A DNA stretch of 64,000 nucleotides from an uncultured Pelagibacteraceae bacterium (GCA_902550055.1 CACCXU010000002.1:71770-135769), one strand, 5' to 3'; numbered from the stretch's first letter, positions 28,829 to 40,179 are shown. Notes: generated from the letters alone by a model not told the origin. Translations and numbers: made by a program.

Positions 28829-29592
28829 CTATATATTATATAAAATAAAATTAAACCAAGAATTATCCGGTAAATTACAAATACATTAAAGGAAATTTTA
28901 CTTATAAATTTAAGAAAATACATAATTGTAAAAAATGAAAATATAAATGACAAAAAAGTAGCAACTAATAATAAATAATTTATTTCTATTGATTGTTCCA
29001 AAGCCTCCCTTAAACCTAGGAAGCTTGCTCCTGCTAATGCAGGTATAGATAGTAAAAAAGAAATTTTACTAGCATCTGTTCTATTGAAATTCAAAAATCT
29101 TGCTGCCGTAATCGTTATTCCAGCCCTACTAACTCCTGGTATCAACGCTAATATTTGAAATAAACCAATTAATAAAACTGATTTAATATTTAAATCTTTA
29201 GAAATATTTCGATCAATTTTTCTTTGATCAGCAAAGAAAAGTATAAATCCAAAAAATAGTGTTGTCGATGCAATTACTTTTGTATTTCTTAAAAGATAAA
29301 TAAATTGAGTGGAATATAAAATGTATCCAAAAAATATTAAAGGCAAGGAGCCAATAATTATTAAACTTAATAACCTATTATTATTTCTTAGATCAAATAG
29401 CTCTTTTCTAAAATAAAAAATTACTGCAATTAATGAGCCTAAATGCAGACTTATGTCTATTAATAAAGAACTTGTCTCTAAATCATAAAAGTTTGATACC
29501 AATATTAAATGAGCTGACGAACTTATGGGTAAAAATTCAGAAATTCCTTGAACAGCAGAAAGAATTAAAATTTCTATAAAATCTTGCAACAT
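28825..29592 (-). CDS. uppP: Undecaprenyl-diphosphatase
   Basis: QGISEFLPISSSAHL, PGVSRAG, SFLLSIP, F..YR. Confidence 0.95.
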   Translation of the reverse strand: MLQDFIEILILSAVQGISEFLPISSSAHLILVSNFYDLETSSLLIDISLHLGSLIAVIFYFRKELFDLRNNNRLLSLIIIGSLPLIFFGYILYSTQFIYLLRNTKVIASTTLFFGFILFFADQRKIDRNISKDLNIKSVLLIGLFQILALIPGVSRAGITITAARFLNFNRTDASKISFLLSIPALAGASFLGLREALEQSIEINYLLLVATFLSFIFSFFTIMYFLKFISKISFNVFVIYRIILGLILFYIIYS

Positions 29593-29776
29593 ACATGTGT
29601 CGTAGCTTAAAAAATATTCATTTTAAACAATTCGATTTAATCATATTAGGTATGCAAAAATCAGAATAAGTAGATTTTAAGCTAAATATTATTATAATTA
29701 AGTAATAATAACTGACCTATTTATTTCTTTTACTAATAAAAACTATGTATATTTTGCGGTAAATTTATAAAAATTT

Positions 29777-31216
29777 ATGACTGATAAAATGCTAAAATTC
29801 GTAAAAATAGGTCAACAAACCCCACCTAAAAGAGGAGTTGATAATAGGAAAGATGATTTTAATGAAATCTATGATGAATTTATCACCCAAAAAGCACAAG
29901 AGCAATCAAGTAGATGCTCTCAATGTGGAGTCCCTTTTTGCCAAGTCCATTGTCCTTTAAGTAACAACATTCCTGATTGGCTTAAATTGACTGCTGAAGG
30001 CAGATTGAAGGAGGCTTATGAATTATCTCAAAGTACAAATAATATGCCTGAGGTTTGTGGCAGAATATGCCCTCAAGACAGATTATGTGAGGGAAATTGT
30101 GTTATTGAGCAGTCAGGTCATGGCACTGTAACAATTGGATCAGTCGAAAAATATATTACAGATAGTGCTTGGGAAAACGGATGGGTAAAGCCGATATCAA
30201 TCAAACATGAAAAAGACCAAAGTGTTGGAATAATTGGTGCTGGACCTGCTGGACTGGCAGCTGCTGAACAACTTAGGAAAAATGGATATCAAATTACTGT
30301 TTATGACAGATACGACAGAGCAGGCGGTTTGTTAATTTATGGAATTCCAAATTTTAAATTAGAAAAACATGTGGTCGAGAGAAGAACAAAGTTGTTGAAA
30401 GATGGTGGAATTAAATTTGAACAAAATTTTGAGGTTGGTAAGGATGCAACTTTAGAGCAATTGAGAAAAAAACATGATGCAATTTTAATTGCTACTGGAG
30501 TTTATAAACCAAGAGAAATTAATCTACCAGGAAATGATTTAGATAATATTTTTCCTGCTATGGAGTTTTTAACTGCATCAAATAAAAAGGGGTTGGGAGA
30601 TAAAGTTGATTTGTTCGATAAAGGTATATTAAACGCTGAGGGTAAAGATGTAGTTGTTATTGGAGGTGGAGATACCGCAATGGATTGTGTTCGAACATCA
30701 GTTAGACAAAAAGCTAATTCAGTTAAATGTTTATATAGAAGAGATAAAGATAACATGCCTGGATCTGCAAGAGAAGTAGCTAATGCAGAAGAAGAGGGTG
30801 TTGAATTTGTTTGGTTGTCTAGTCCAAAAGAATTTAGAGGAAAAAATAAAATTGAAAAATTAATTGTAGATCAAATTCAACTTGGAGATCCAGATGATTC
30901 AGGTAGAAGAAGACCAGAAATTAAACAAGGATCTGAATTTGAAATTAAAGCAGATATGGTAATAAAAGCTTTAGGATTTGATCCAGAAAACTTGCCATTA
31001 TTATTTGAAGCACAAGAATTACAAGTTACTAAATGGGGAACAATTAAAACTGACTTTGATACTATGGAAACTAATATTAAGGGTGTTTTTGCAGCTGGAG
31101 ATATTGTAAGAGGTGCATCTTTAGTTGTTTGGGCAATTAAAGATGGTAGAGATGCTGCTTTATCAATCAAATCTTATCTTGAAAATATCGAATTAAAAAA
31201 ATCTAAAGTTGCATAA
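29777..31216 (+). CDS. gltD: Glutamate synthase small subunit
   Basis: RCSQCGVPFCQVHCP, CGRICPQDRLCE, GAGPAG, GGGDTAMD, GASLVVWA. Confidence 0.97.
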   Translation: MTDKMLKFVKIGQQTPPKRGVDNRKDDFNEIYDEFITQKAQEQSSRCSQCGVPFCQVHCPLSNNIPDWLKLTAEGRLKEAYELSQSTNNMPEVCGRICPQDRLCEGNCVIEQSGHGTVTIGSVEKYITDSAWENGWVKPISIKHEKDQSVGIIGAGPAGLAAAEQLRKNGYQITVYDRYDRAGGLLIYGIPNFKLEKHVVERRTKLLKDGGIKFEQNFEVGKDATLEQLRKKHDAILIATGVYKPREINLPGNDLDNIFPAMEFLTASNKKGLGDKVDLFDKGILNAEGKDVVVIGGGDTAMDCVRTSVRQKANSVKCLYRRDKDNMPGSAREVANAEEEGVEFVWLSSPKEFRGKNKIEKLIVDQIQLGDPDDSGRRRPEIKQGSEFEIKADMVIKALGFDPENLPLLFEAQELQVTKWGTIKTDFDTMETNIKGVFAAGDIVRGASLVVWAIKDGRDAALSIKSYLENIELKKSKVA

Positions 31217-34200
31217 TGAATACATATAAAAAAAATTTAGAATTACTTATTAAAAACAATGTTTATTCCAAAGAAATGGAACATGATGCATGTGGAGTAG
31301 GGTTAATTGCATCAACAGAGGGAAAAAAATCAAGAGAGGTTGTAGAATATGGAATTGAAGCTTTAAAGGCTGTTTGGCATCGAGGAGCTGTTGATGCTGA
31401 TGGAAAAACAGGTGATGGTGCAGGAATACATTTAGAAATACCCAAAGATTTCTTTGTTGAAAAAATAGAAGTTACAGGTCACACACATGATGGATCTGAT
31501 ATTTGTGTTGGAATGATTTTTTTACCAAGAAATGATTACTCCTCACAAGAAAGCTGTAAAACGATTGTAGAAAGTGAGTTAACCAAAAACGATTTTAGTA
31601 TCTATGGATGGAGACAGGTGCCTGTTAATCCAAAAGTTTTAGGTGAAAAAGCTTTCCAAACTATGCCAGAGATAATTCAAGTGCTTTTTAAATCTAATGA
31701 TAAAAATTTGCTTGATAAAGATCTTGAAAGAAAAATTTATGAAACAAGAAAAAAAATTGAGAATAAAGCATTCAATTTATCATTAAATAATTTTTATATT
31801 TGCTCAATAAGTTCTAAATCAATTATCTATAAGGGCATGTTTTTAGCTGAGGCTATCTCAGATTTTTTCTTAGATTTAAAAGACGAAAGATTTATTTCAA
31901 GATTTGCAATTTTTCATCAGAGATTTTCAACTAATACTGCTCCAAGCTGGAGTTTGGCACAACCATTTAGAGCAGTTGCCCATAATGGTGAAATTAATAC
32001 TTACAAAGGAAATAAAAACTGGATGAGAGTTCATGAACAAGAGATGAGCAGCCCTCTTTTTGAAAATGTAGAAAATTTAAAGCCAGTTATACAAAAAGGA
32101 GTTTCTGATTCTGCGGCACTAGATAATGTTTTTGAGTTATTAAATAAATCTGGCCAACCTGCACCTTTAGCAAAATTAATGATGATCCCTGATGCTTGGT
32201 CAAAAAGAAATAAAACTCTTCCAAAAAGCCATCAACAACTGTTTAATTTTTTAAATAGTACTATGGAACCTTGGGACGGTCCTGCCGCAATTGCCGCAAC
32301 AGATAATGAATGGGTCATTGCAGCAAATGATCGTAATGGTTTAAGGCCTTTAAGATACGCAATAACAAAAGATAAGTTTCTCTTTGCCGGATCTGAAACT
32401 GGAATGATTGAATTAAATGAAAAAAGAATTCTATCAAAAGGAAGACTTGGCCCAGGAGAGATAATTGGTGTTAGAATTGAAAAAGGCAAAGTGTTTACAA
32501 ATAATCAAATTAAAGACTTTTTGGCAAAAGAATATAAGCATTTCAATTCTCAGATAATAGATTTAGATGAAAAATTATCCATTTCAAATGAGAAGCATAA
32601 TTTTGATAGTGAAGATCTAAGGAGACGACAACATTCTTTTGGAATTAGTTTAGAAGACTTAGAACTAATCTTACATCCAATGGCTGAAGATGCAAAAGAA
32701 GCGACGGGTTCCATGGGTGATGATACGCCTTTAGCAGTTTTATCAGATAAATACAGACCACTTTATCATTTTTTTAGACAAAATTTTAGTCAAGTGACCA
32801 ATCCACCGATTGACTCTTTAAGAGAAAATAAAGTTATGAGTTTGAAAACTAGATTTGGTAATCTTGGGAATATTTTAGATTTTGATACTTTAACTAAAGA
32901 AAATATTTATGTTTTAAATAGTCCAATATTATCGAATTCTCAATTTAATAAATTTATTAATTTTTTTGGAAAAAACTCTGTCTCTATAGATTGTACTTTC
33001 TCGAATGATCAAAATTTATTTGATTCTATTAAAAGGATCCAAAAAGAGTCGGAAGTTGCGGTCAGACAGGGTGTAACTCAATTAGTTTTAAGCGACAAAT
33101 CTATTTCAGATACAAGGATGCCTATGCCAATGTTGTTATGCGTTGGTGCGATTAACACTTTTTTAATTGATAAAAAATTAAGAGGATATGTTTCAATTAA
33201 TGTTCAATCTGGCGAAGCTTTGGACACCCACTCTTTTGCAACATTAATAGGTGTTGGGGCAACAACAGTCAATCCATATATAGCTTTTGATAGTTTATAC
33301 CAAAGACATGAGAAAAAGTTATTTGGCCAGTTTAGTTTTGATGAATGTGTTGAAAGATATATCAAATCAGTGAATGCAGGATTATTAAAAATCATGTCAA
33401 AAATGGGTATATCTGTTTTAAGTTCGTATAGAGGCGGATGCAATTTTGAAACTGTTGGTCTAAGTAGATCAATAGTTGATGATTATTTTCCAGGAGTGAC
33501 TTCAAAAATTTCGGGTATTGGATTGTCGGGAATCGAAAAAAAAATACGTGCAATTCATAAAGAGGCATTTGAGAGTACCGATACAGTTTTACCTATTGGT
33601 GGTATTTATAGATACAGAAAGAATGGAGAAACACACCAATACCAGGGCAGATTAATCCACTTACTACAAAGTGCTGTAGGATCAAACTCGTATACAGCTT
33701 ATAAAAAATATGCTGAGGGAATATATAATTTGCCACCAATTAACTTAAGGGATTTGATAGATTTTAGAAAAAAAAAATTAGGACCATCTATTCAAATTTC
33801 TGAGGTTGAACCAATAGAAAAAATATTAAAAAGATTTGGTAGTGGAAGTATGTCTCATGGAGCATTATCCAAGGAAGCACATGAAACATTGGCTATTGGG
33901 ATGAATAGAATTAAAGGTGCATCTTGTAGTGGAGAAGGTGGTGAAGATGCAAATAGATTTAAGACCATGGACTCTGGTGATAGTGCAAACTCGAGAGTAA
34001 AACAAATTGCGTCGGCAAGATTTGGTGTAACAGTTAATTATTTAAACAATTGTAATGAAATTGAGATTAAAATTGCTCAAGGTGCAAAACCTGGTGAAGG
34101 TGGCCAATTACCAGGATTTAAAGTAACAGATGAGATTGCTAAGCTAAGACATTCAACACCAGGTGTAACATTAATTTCCCCACCTCCGCATCATGATATT

Positions 34201-35721
34201 TATTCAATTGAGGACTTAGCTCAGCTTATTTATGATTTAAAACAAATCAATCCTAAGGCAAGAATTGGAGTTAAATTAGTTGCGTCTTCTGGCGTTGGTA
34301 CTATTGCAGCCGGTGTGGCAAAAGCAAAAGCTGATATAATTTTAATTTCAGGACATAATGGAGGAACTGGGGCTACACCTCAAACCAGTGTAAAATACGT
34401 AGGTATTCCTTGGGAGATGGGTCTAACGGAGGCTAATCAAGTTTTAACATTAAATAATCTGAGACATAAAGTTACTTTGAGAACCGATGGAGGTATTAAA
34501 ACTGGAAGAGATGTTGTTATCGCAGCTATGATGGGTGCAGAGGAGTATGGTGTAGCAACTACCGCTCTAGTAGCGATGGGTTGTATTATGGTAAGGCAAT
34601 GTCATTCGAATACTTGTCCTGTAGGAGTATGTACACAGGATGAAAAATTAAGAGAAAAATTTATTGGAACTCCTGATAAAGTTGTAAATTTATTTACATT
34701 TATTGCTACAGAGGTAAGAGAAATTTTAGCTTCACTTGGTTTTAAATCTTTAAATGAAGTTATCGGTCGAACTGATTTATTAATGCAGGTAAGTAAAGCC
34801 TCACCTAATCTAGATGATTTAGATCTTAATCCACTATTCGTGCAAGCAGACCCTGGTAACAATAAGAGGTATTGTGAGATATCAGAAATTAATCAAGTTC
34901 CTGAAACACTGGATCAAGAAATTTGGCCTCAAATAGAAAAAGCTTTAGATAGCTCAGAAAAAATAAATAACGAGTTTTTAATTAAAAATACTAATAGAGC
35001 TGTGGGTACTAGAATTTCACATCACTTATATAAAAAATATGGTTATGAAAAATTAGAGGAAAATTTTTTAACTCTAGATTTTAAAGGTTCAGCTGGGCAA
35101 TCTTTTGGTGCATTTACTGCAAAAGGACTTAAACTTAATTTAAAAGGTGATGCAAACGATTATGTCGGGAAAGGTTTGTCCGGAGCAACCATTTCGATAA
35201 GACTTCCTGATGAAAGTAATTTAATTTCGAATGAGAATACTATTATTGGGAACACAGTTCTTTATGGAGCAACGTCAGGTAAACTTTTTGCAGCTGGTCA
35301 AGCTGGGGATAGATTTGCAGTAAGAAATTCTGGCGCCATAACTGTTATTGAAGGCTGTGATTCAAATGGTTGTGAATATATGACAGGTGGTACAGCAGTA
35401 ATTCTTGGAGATGTTGGAGATAATTTTGCAGCCGGCATGACAGGAGGAATGGCTTTTATTTACGATAAATCAAAAGAATTTGAAAAAAAAGTTAATCCAG
35501 ACTCAGTTGTATGGCAAAATGTTGAAACTGAGTATTGGTCGAAATTTTTAAAAGAATTGGTACTCGAACATAGTAATGAAACAGGTTCCAGTTTATCAAA
35601 AAAAATAATTAACGACTTTGAAAAAGAGTTAAAGAATTTTGTACAGGTTTGTCCAAAAGAAATGATAGATAAGCTTAAAAATCCAATCACTACAAAAACA
35701 AAAATACAAAAAGTTAGTTAA
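31216..35721 (+). CDS. gltB: Glutamate synthase large subunit
   Basis: EHDACGVG, HQRFSTNT, EPWDGP, QGAKPGEGG, CIMVRQCHSNTCP. Confidence 0.98.
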   Translation: MNTYKKNLELLIKNNVYSKEMEHDACGVGLIASTEGKKSREVVEYGIEALKAVWHRGAVDADGKTGDGAGIHLEIPKDFFVEKIEVTGHTHDGSDICVGMIFLPRNDYSSQESCKTIVESELTKNDFSIYGWRQVPVNPKVLGEKAFQTMPEIIQVLFKSNDKNLLDKDLERKIYETRKKIENKAFNLSLNNFYICSISSKSIIYKGMFLAEAISDFFLDLKDERFISRFAIFHQRFSTNTAPSWSLAQPFRAVAHNGEINTYKGNKNWMRVHEQEMSSPLFENVENLKPVIQKGVSDSAALDNVFELLNKSGQPAPLAKLMMIPDAWSKRNKTLPKSHQQLFNFLNSTMEPWDGPAAIAATDNEWVIAANDRNGLRPLRYAITKDKFLFAGSETGMIELNEKRILSKGRLGPGEIIGVRIEKGKVFTNNQIKDFLAKEYKHFNSQIIDLDEKLSISNEKHNFDSEDLRRRQHSFGISLEDLELILHPMAEDAKEATGSMGDDTPLAVLSDKYRPLYHFFRQNFSQVTNPPIDSLRENKVMSLKTRFGNLGNILDFDTLTKENIYVLNSPILSNSQFNKFINFFGKNSVSIDCTFSNDQNLFDSIKRIQKESEVAVRQGVTQLVLSDKSISDTRMPMPMLLCVGAINTFLIDKKLRGYVSINVQSGEALDTHSFATLIGVGATTVNPYIAFDSLYQRHEKKLFGQFSFDECVERYIKSVNAGLLKIMSKMGISVLSSYRGGCNFETVGLSRSIVDDYFPGVTSKISGIGLSGIEKKIRAIHKEAFESTDTVLPIGGIYRYRKNGETHQYQGRLIHLLQSAVGSNSYTAYKKYAEGIYNLPPINLRDLIDFRKKKLGPSIQISEVEPIEKILKRFGSGSMSHGALSKEAHETLAIGMNRIKGASCSGEGGEDANRFKTMDSGDSANSRVKQIASARFGVTVNYLNNCNEIEIKIAQGAKPGEGGQLPGFKVTDEIAKLRHSTPGVTLISPPPHHDIYSIEDLAQLIYDLKQINPKARIGVKLVASSGVGTIAAGVAKAKADIILISGHNGGTGATPQTSVKYVGIPWEMGLTEANQVLTLNNLRHKVTLRTDGGIKTGRDVVIAAMMGAEEYGVATTALVAMGCIMVRQCHSNTCPVGVCTQDEKLREKFIGTPDKVVNLFTFIATEVREILASLGFKSLNEVIGRTDLLMQVSKASPNLDDLDLNPLFVQADPGNNKRYCEISEINQVPETLDQEIWPQIEKALDSSEKINNEFLIKNTNRAVGTRISHHLYKKYGYEKLEENFLTLDFKGSAGQSFGAFTAKGLKLNLKGDANDYVGKGLSGATISIRLPDESNLISNENTIIGNTVLYGATSGKLFAAGQAGDRFAVRNSGAITVIEGCDSNGCEYMTGGTAVILGDVGDNFAAGMTGGMAFIYDKSKEFEKKVNPDSVVWQNVETEYWSKFLKELVLEHSNETGSSLSKKIINDFEKELKNFVQVCPKEMIDKLKNPITTKTKIQKVS

Positions 35722-36460
35722 TCATTAATTTTAACTCTTTTTTCAATATTTTGAGCCATTTTGGTGAAGATAAACTATGATCACCATTTTTTATAACTAC
35801 TAATTTTTTTTTTTTAGATTTAAATATTTTTAAAACTTTTTTTGAGTAAATTACAGGCACAGATTTATCTTTACTCCCGTGAACCATTGTTACATTTATA
35901 TTTAGATTTATTTTTTTATTTAAAATTTTATTTTTTCTTCCATCTTTAATCAATTGGTAAGTGATTGGGTATTCATAATCGCCATGTTTTAAATTTATGA
36001 CACCTTTTTTTTTGATTTCAATCTTCATTTTATTAGAAAATTTATTCCACATTAGTTTATCAAGAAATTCTGGCGCTGAACCTATTCCTAAAAAACCTTT
36101 AATTTTGTTTTTTATAAGATTAAACTGGTTTAAAGAAATCCAAGCCCCCATACTTGATCCTATAAATATAATATTGTTTTTTTTGACAACTTTTTGAATT
36201 ACTAAAGTAGTATCCCTAGTCCATTTTGAAATATTACCATTAATAAATTTTCCTGATGATTTACCATGACCTGAATATTCTAAAGAAAGAAAACCTAATT
36301 TATTTTTTTTTGCAAATTTTAAAAATGCTTGAGGTTTTTTACCTTCTAAATCTGACATAAAACCATGCAAAAAAACAATGTAGGTGGCATTTTTTTGATG
36401 GTGTTTCAAATATCTTATTTTTCTGGTACTTGAAATTTTTAAGTATTTAAAATTTGTCAT
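35714..36460 (-). CDS. Alpha/beta hydrolase
   Basis: FLHGFMSD..G.K, YSGHGKSSG, GSSMG, HGSKD..VP, GDHSLS. Confidence 0.9.
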   Translation of the reverse strand: MTNFKYLKISSTRKIRYLKHHQKNATYIVFLHGFMSDLEGKKPQAFLKFAKKNKLGFLSLEYSGHGKSSGKFINGNISKWTRDTTLVIQKVVKKNNIIFIGSSMGAWISLNQFNLIKNKIKGFLGIGSAPEFLDKLMWNKFSNKMKIEIKKKGVINLKHGDYEYPITYQLIKDGRKNKILNKKINLNINVTMVHGSKDKSVPVIYSKKVLKIFKSKKKKLVVIKNGDHSLSSPKWLKILKKELKLMIN

Positions 36461-36502
36461 AAAAGTTTATTAGTTATGTCTATTATTATATAATTATTTT
36501 AA

Positions 36503-37657
36503 ATGTCATCTAATTTAAATGTTTTACAAGTAATCCCAAAATTAGGTTACGGAGGCGCAGAAACTGGTTGCTATGATATTGCACATTTTTTACCTGAAAA
36601 TAATTGTAAATCTTACATTGTTACAAGTGGTGGAGAGTTAACTAAGTTTATTGATAATAAAAAAGTTAAATTAATAAGGCTTCCTGTCCATAGTAAAAAT
36701 CCATTGTTGATTTTGGTAAATTCAATAATTTTAATAGCAATAATTTTGATTTTTAATATTTCAATTGTTCACGCAAGGAGTCGAGCACCAGCTTGGTCGT
36801 GTTTATTAGCAACAAAATTAACTAGAAGAAAGTTTGTTACTACATTTCATGGGACTTATAATTTTAGAGGTAAATTAAAAAAATTTTATAATTCAGTAAT
36901 GGTAAGGTCAGATTTGGTTATAGCAGGATCAAACTTTATTTTTTCACATATTCAAGAGAATTATAAGGAATTCTTGAATTCTAAAAAAAAATTTTTAGTA
37001 ATTTTTAGGGGCATAAATGCAGATTATTTTGATCCAACAACCAAAATTGAAATCGATGAAAAAAAACTTTTAAATGAGTGGAGTATTACTGATGAAAAAA
37101 AAATAATTCTTATGCCAGGTCGACTTACGTCATGGAAGGGTCAAGAATTATTTATTGAGGCAATAAACTTAGTTAAAATTGAATTAGGATACGAAGCATT
37201 TCATGCTGTAATTTTAGGTAGTGATCAGGGAAGAGACTCTTACAAAGAAAAATTAATTAAATTAACTGAAAAATATAAACTGACCAATCAAGTAAAATTC
37301 ATAGACCATTGTAAGGATATGGCTTTAGCTTATAACGTTTCTGATATTATAGTTTCAGCATCAATTGAACCTGAAGCTTTTGGAAGAGTTGCAGTAGAGG
37401 CGCAATCTATGGAAAAAATAATAATTGCTAGTAATATTGGAGGATCAAATGAGACAATTTTAAACGAAAAAACTGGGTTGTTGTTTGAATCTGGTGATGC
37501 AGGCTCCTTGAGTAAAAAAATCATTCAAGCAATGACAATGGATGAAACTTCCTTAAAATTAATGGGTAAGGAGGGAAGAAAAAACATTATAAAAAAATTT
37601 AATGTTGAAAAAATGTGTTTTTCTACTTATTCAGAGTATAAGAGATTACTAAATTAA
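36503..37657 (+). CDS. Glycosyltransferase family 4
   Basis: GGAE, HARSRAPAW, TTFHG, PGRLT.WKG, EAFGRVAVEA. Confidence 0.93.
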   Translation: MSSNLNVLQVIPKLGYGGAETGCYDIAHFLPENNCKSYIVTSGGELTKFIDNKKVKLIRLPVHSKNPLLILVNSIILIAIILIFNISIVHARSRAPAWSCLLATKLTRRKFVTTFHGTYNFRGKLKKFYNSVMVRSDLVIAGSNFIFSHIQENYKEFLNSKKKFLVIFRGINADYFDPTTKIEIDEKKLLNEWSITDEKKIILMPGRLTSWKGQELFIEAINLVKIELGYEAFHAVILGSDQGRDSYKEKLIKLTEKYKLTNQVKFIDHCKDMALAYNVSDIIVSASIEPEAFGRVAVEAQSMEKIIIASNIGGSNETILNEKTGLLFESGDAGSLSKKIIQAMTMDETSLKLMGKEGRKNIIKKFNVEKMCFSTYSEYKRLLN

Positions 37658-39580
37658 ATGCCCATAATTACTTTACCAGACGGAAACAATTTAGATTTTC
37701 CTAAAAAAGTGACAGGCCTAGAGATTGCTGAAAAAATTAGCAAATCATTAGCAAAACAAGCCCTGATAATGAGTGTGAATGGAGAATTAAAAGATTTATA
37801 TTTTTTAATTGATAAAGATTGTTCCGTTAAAATTTTTACAGCAAAAGACCCAGAGGGTCTAGAGGTTATTAGACATGACGCTGCACATATCATGGCTATG
37901 GCAGTTCAAGAATTATATCCAGGTACCCAAGTTACTATTGGACCAGTTATTGAAAATGGATTTTATTATGACTTTGCCAGAAAGGAACCTTTTACAGATG
38001 ACGATCTCAAAAAAATTGAGGAAAGGATGTCAAAAATAATTGACAAAGATTTAAAAACAAGACGAGAAGTATGGGAAAGAGATAAAGCAATTAAACATTT
38101 TAAAAAAATTGGAGAAAAATATAAGGCAGAAATTATTGAGAGTATTCCGGAAACTGAAGAACTTTCAGTCTATCATCATGGTGATACTTGGTATGATTTA
38201 TGTAGAGGACCTCATTTAGTATCATCTAGTAAAATTGGCAAAGCCTTTAAACTTACAAAAGTTTCAGGTGCATATTGGCGAGGTGATTCAAAAAATGAAA
38301 TGCTTCAAAGGATATATGGAACAAGTTGGGCCTCCCAGAAAGATTTAGACGATTATTTAAAAAGAATTGAAGAGGCAGAAAAAAGAGATCATCGTAAATT
38401 GGGCAAAGAAATGGATTTATTTCATTTTAGAGAAGAAAGTCCGGGATCTGTTTTTTGGCATGAGAAAGGTTGGACGTTATTTCAAAAATTAATTAATTAC
38501 ATGAGAGCTAAACAGGACCTAGCCGGATACAAAGAGGTAAACACACCAGAAGTATTAGACAGATTATTATGGGAAAAATCAGGTCATTGGGAAAAATATG
38601 GAGAAAACATGTATACCTCAGAAACTCCTGATGAAAAAGTTTTTGCAATTAAACCAATGAATTGCCCTGGACACATACAAGTTTTTAATCAAGGTCTTAA
38701 AAGTTATCGAGATTTACCTCTAAGAATTACTGAGTTCGGAAAAGTTCATAGATATGAACCATCTGGTGCTTTACATGGGTTATTAAGAGTAAGAGCATTC
38801 ACTCAAGATGATGCTCATATTTTTTGCTCCGAAGATCAAATCACAAGTGAATGTTTAAATGTTACAAATTTGATATTAGAAATTTATAAAGATCTAGGTT
38901 TCGAAAATGTAATTCTTAAATATGCTGATAGGCCAGAGGTAAGAGTTGGTGAGGATAAGATTTGGGACAAGGCTGAAGCATCTTTGTTAAAGGCAGTAAA
39001 AGCTTCTAAACTTGAGTATAGTATAAATAAAGGTGAGGGAGCATTTTATGGCCCAAAAATAGAATTTGTTTTGAGAGATGCAATAGGAAGAGATTGGCAA
39101 TGTGGAACAATCCAAGTTGACTTAAATTTACCAGGTAGATTAGATGCATCATATGTAGATAAAGATGGTACTAAGAAAGTTCCTGTTATGTTACATCGTG
39201 CATTATTTGGATCACTTGAGAGATTTATAGGTATTCTGATTGAAAACTATGCTGGAAAATTTCCATTTTGGATATCTCCGTTACAAACAGTTGTTATACC
39301 TATTTCTGAAGACTTCGAAGAATACGCAAAAAAAGTTTCTGATAAGATAAGAGAAGTTGGTATTACATCAAAGGTTGATTTAAAAAATCATAATTTAAAT
39401 TACAAAATAAGAGATCATTCATTAGCAAAAATACCTCTTTTAATAATTTGTGGTAAAAAAGAAGTTGACAGTAACTCAGTAACTATTAGAAGATTGGATT
39501 CAAATAAACAAGAAAATATGGAACTAAACTTATTTCTAAAAAAATTTTCTGCTTTAAACAAAGCACCTTCAAATATTTAA
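37658..39580 (+). CDS. thrS: Threonine-tRNA ligase
   Basis: TGS domain, DLCRGPH, RDHRKLG, KPMNCPGH, RAFTQDDAH, GSLERF. Confidence 0.99.
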   Translation: MPIITLPDGNNLDFPKKVTGLEIAEKISKSLAKQALIMSVNGELKDLYFLIDKDCSVKIFTAKDPEGLEVIRHDAAHIMAMAVQELYPGTQVTIGPVIENGFYYDFARKEPFTDDDLKKIEERMSKIIDKDLKTRREVWERDKAIKHFKKIGEKYKAEIIESIPETEELSVYHHGDTWYDLCRGPHLVSSSKIGKAFKLTKVSGAYWRGDSKNEMLQRIYGTSWASQKDLDDYLKRIEEAEKRDHRKLGKEMDLFHFREESPGSVFWHEKGWTLFQKLINYMRAKQDLAGYKEVNTPEVLDRLLWEKSGHWEKYGENMYTSETPDEKVFAIKPMNCPGHIQVFNQGLKSYRDLPLRITEFGKVHRYEPSGALHGLLRVRAFTQDDAHIFCSEDQITSECLNVTNLILEIYKDLGFENVILKYADRPEVRVGEDKIWDKAEASLLKAVKASKLEYSINKGEGAFYGPKIEFVLRDAIGRDWQCGTIQVDLNLPGRLDASYVDKDGTKKVPVMLHRALFGSLERFIGILIENYAGKFPFWISPLQTVVIPISEDFEEYAKKVSDKIREVGITSKVDLKNHNLNYKIRDHSLAKIPLLIICGKKEVDSNSVTIRRLDSNKQENMELNLFLKKFSALNKAPSNI

Positions 39581-40126
39581 GTGGCAGATTTTAAGCAAAA
39601 CTATTTTCAAAGAAGAACCAAGGATCGTGGACCTCGATCAAATAACAGAATTTCCTCACCCGAGGTTCAAGTTATTGCAAGTGATGGAGAAAACTTAGGT
39701 GTTTTAAATACTAATGAGGCAATCTCAATGGCAAAAAATCAAGGTTTGGATTTAATCGAAATTGCCCCAAATGCCAATCCCCCAGTATGTAAAATTATGG
39801 ACATGGGTAAATATAAATATGATGCGCAAAAAAAAGCAAACCTTGCAAAAAAAAAACAAAAAATAATTGCTTTAAAAGAAATTAAAATGAGACCAGTAAC
39901 TGAAACACATGATTATGAGTTTAAAGTAAAAAATGCTAAAAAATTTATTGCCAAAGGTGATAAGGTAAAGTTCACTATTAGATTTAAAGGACGTGAACTT
40001 CAACACTCTCATTTAGGAAATGAATTGATGGCCAAAATTAAAGAGGATATGAAAGATATTGGTAAAGTCGAGTTGCACCCCAAGTTTGATGGGAAGCAAA
40101 TGATTATGGTAATTCAACCTTTATAG
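39581..40126 (+). CDS. infC: Translation initiation factor IF-3
   Basis: LDLIEIAPNANPPVCKIMD.GKYKY, KEIKMRP, GDKVK..IRFKGRE; GTG start directly after thrS stop. Confidence 0.96.
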   Translation: MADFKQNYFQRRTKDRGPRSNNRISSPEVQVIASDGENLGVLNTNEAISMAKNQGLDLIEIAPNANPPVCKIMDMGKYKYDAQKKANLAKKKQKIIALKEIKMRPVTETHDYEFKVKNAKKFIAKGDKVKFTIRFKGRELQHSHLGNELMAKIKEDMKDIGKVELHPKFDGKQMIMVIQPL

Positions 40127-40139
40127 GCTTTAATATAGG

Positions 40140-40168
40140 TTGTAAATTTTCTCCATTCTTTGTATAAC
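40140..40168 (+). promoter_or_regulatory. Putative sigma70 promoter of rpmI-rplT (TTGTAA-N17-TATAAC)
   Basis: Hexamers 40140-40145 and 40163-40168, 11 nt before the rpmI ATG. Confidence 0.5.
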
Positions 40169-40179
40169 CTCGTCCAATT

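Noticed and set aside
29593-29776. Riboswitch or ncRNA in the uppP-gltD divergent gap
   Set aside because: No convincing stem or known aptamer motif recognised by eye; an Rfam/Infernal scan would be decisive
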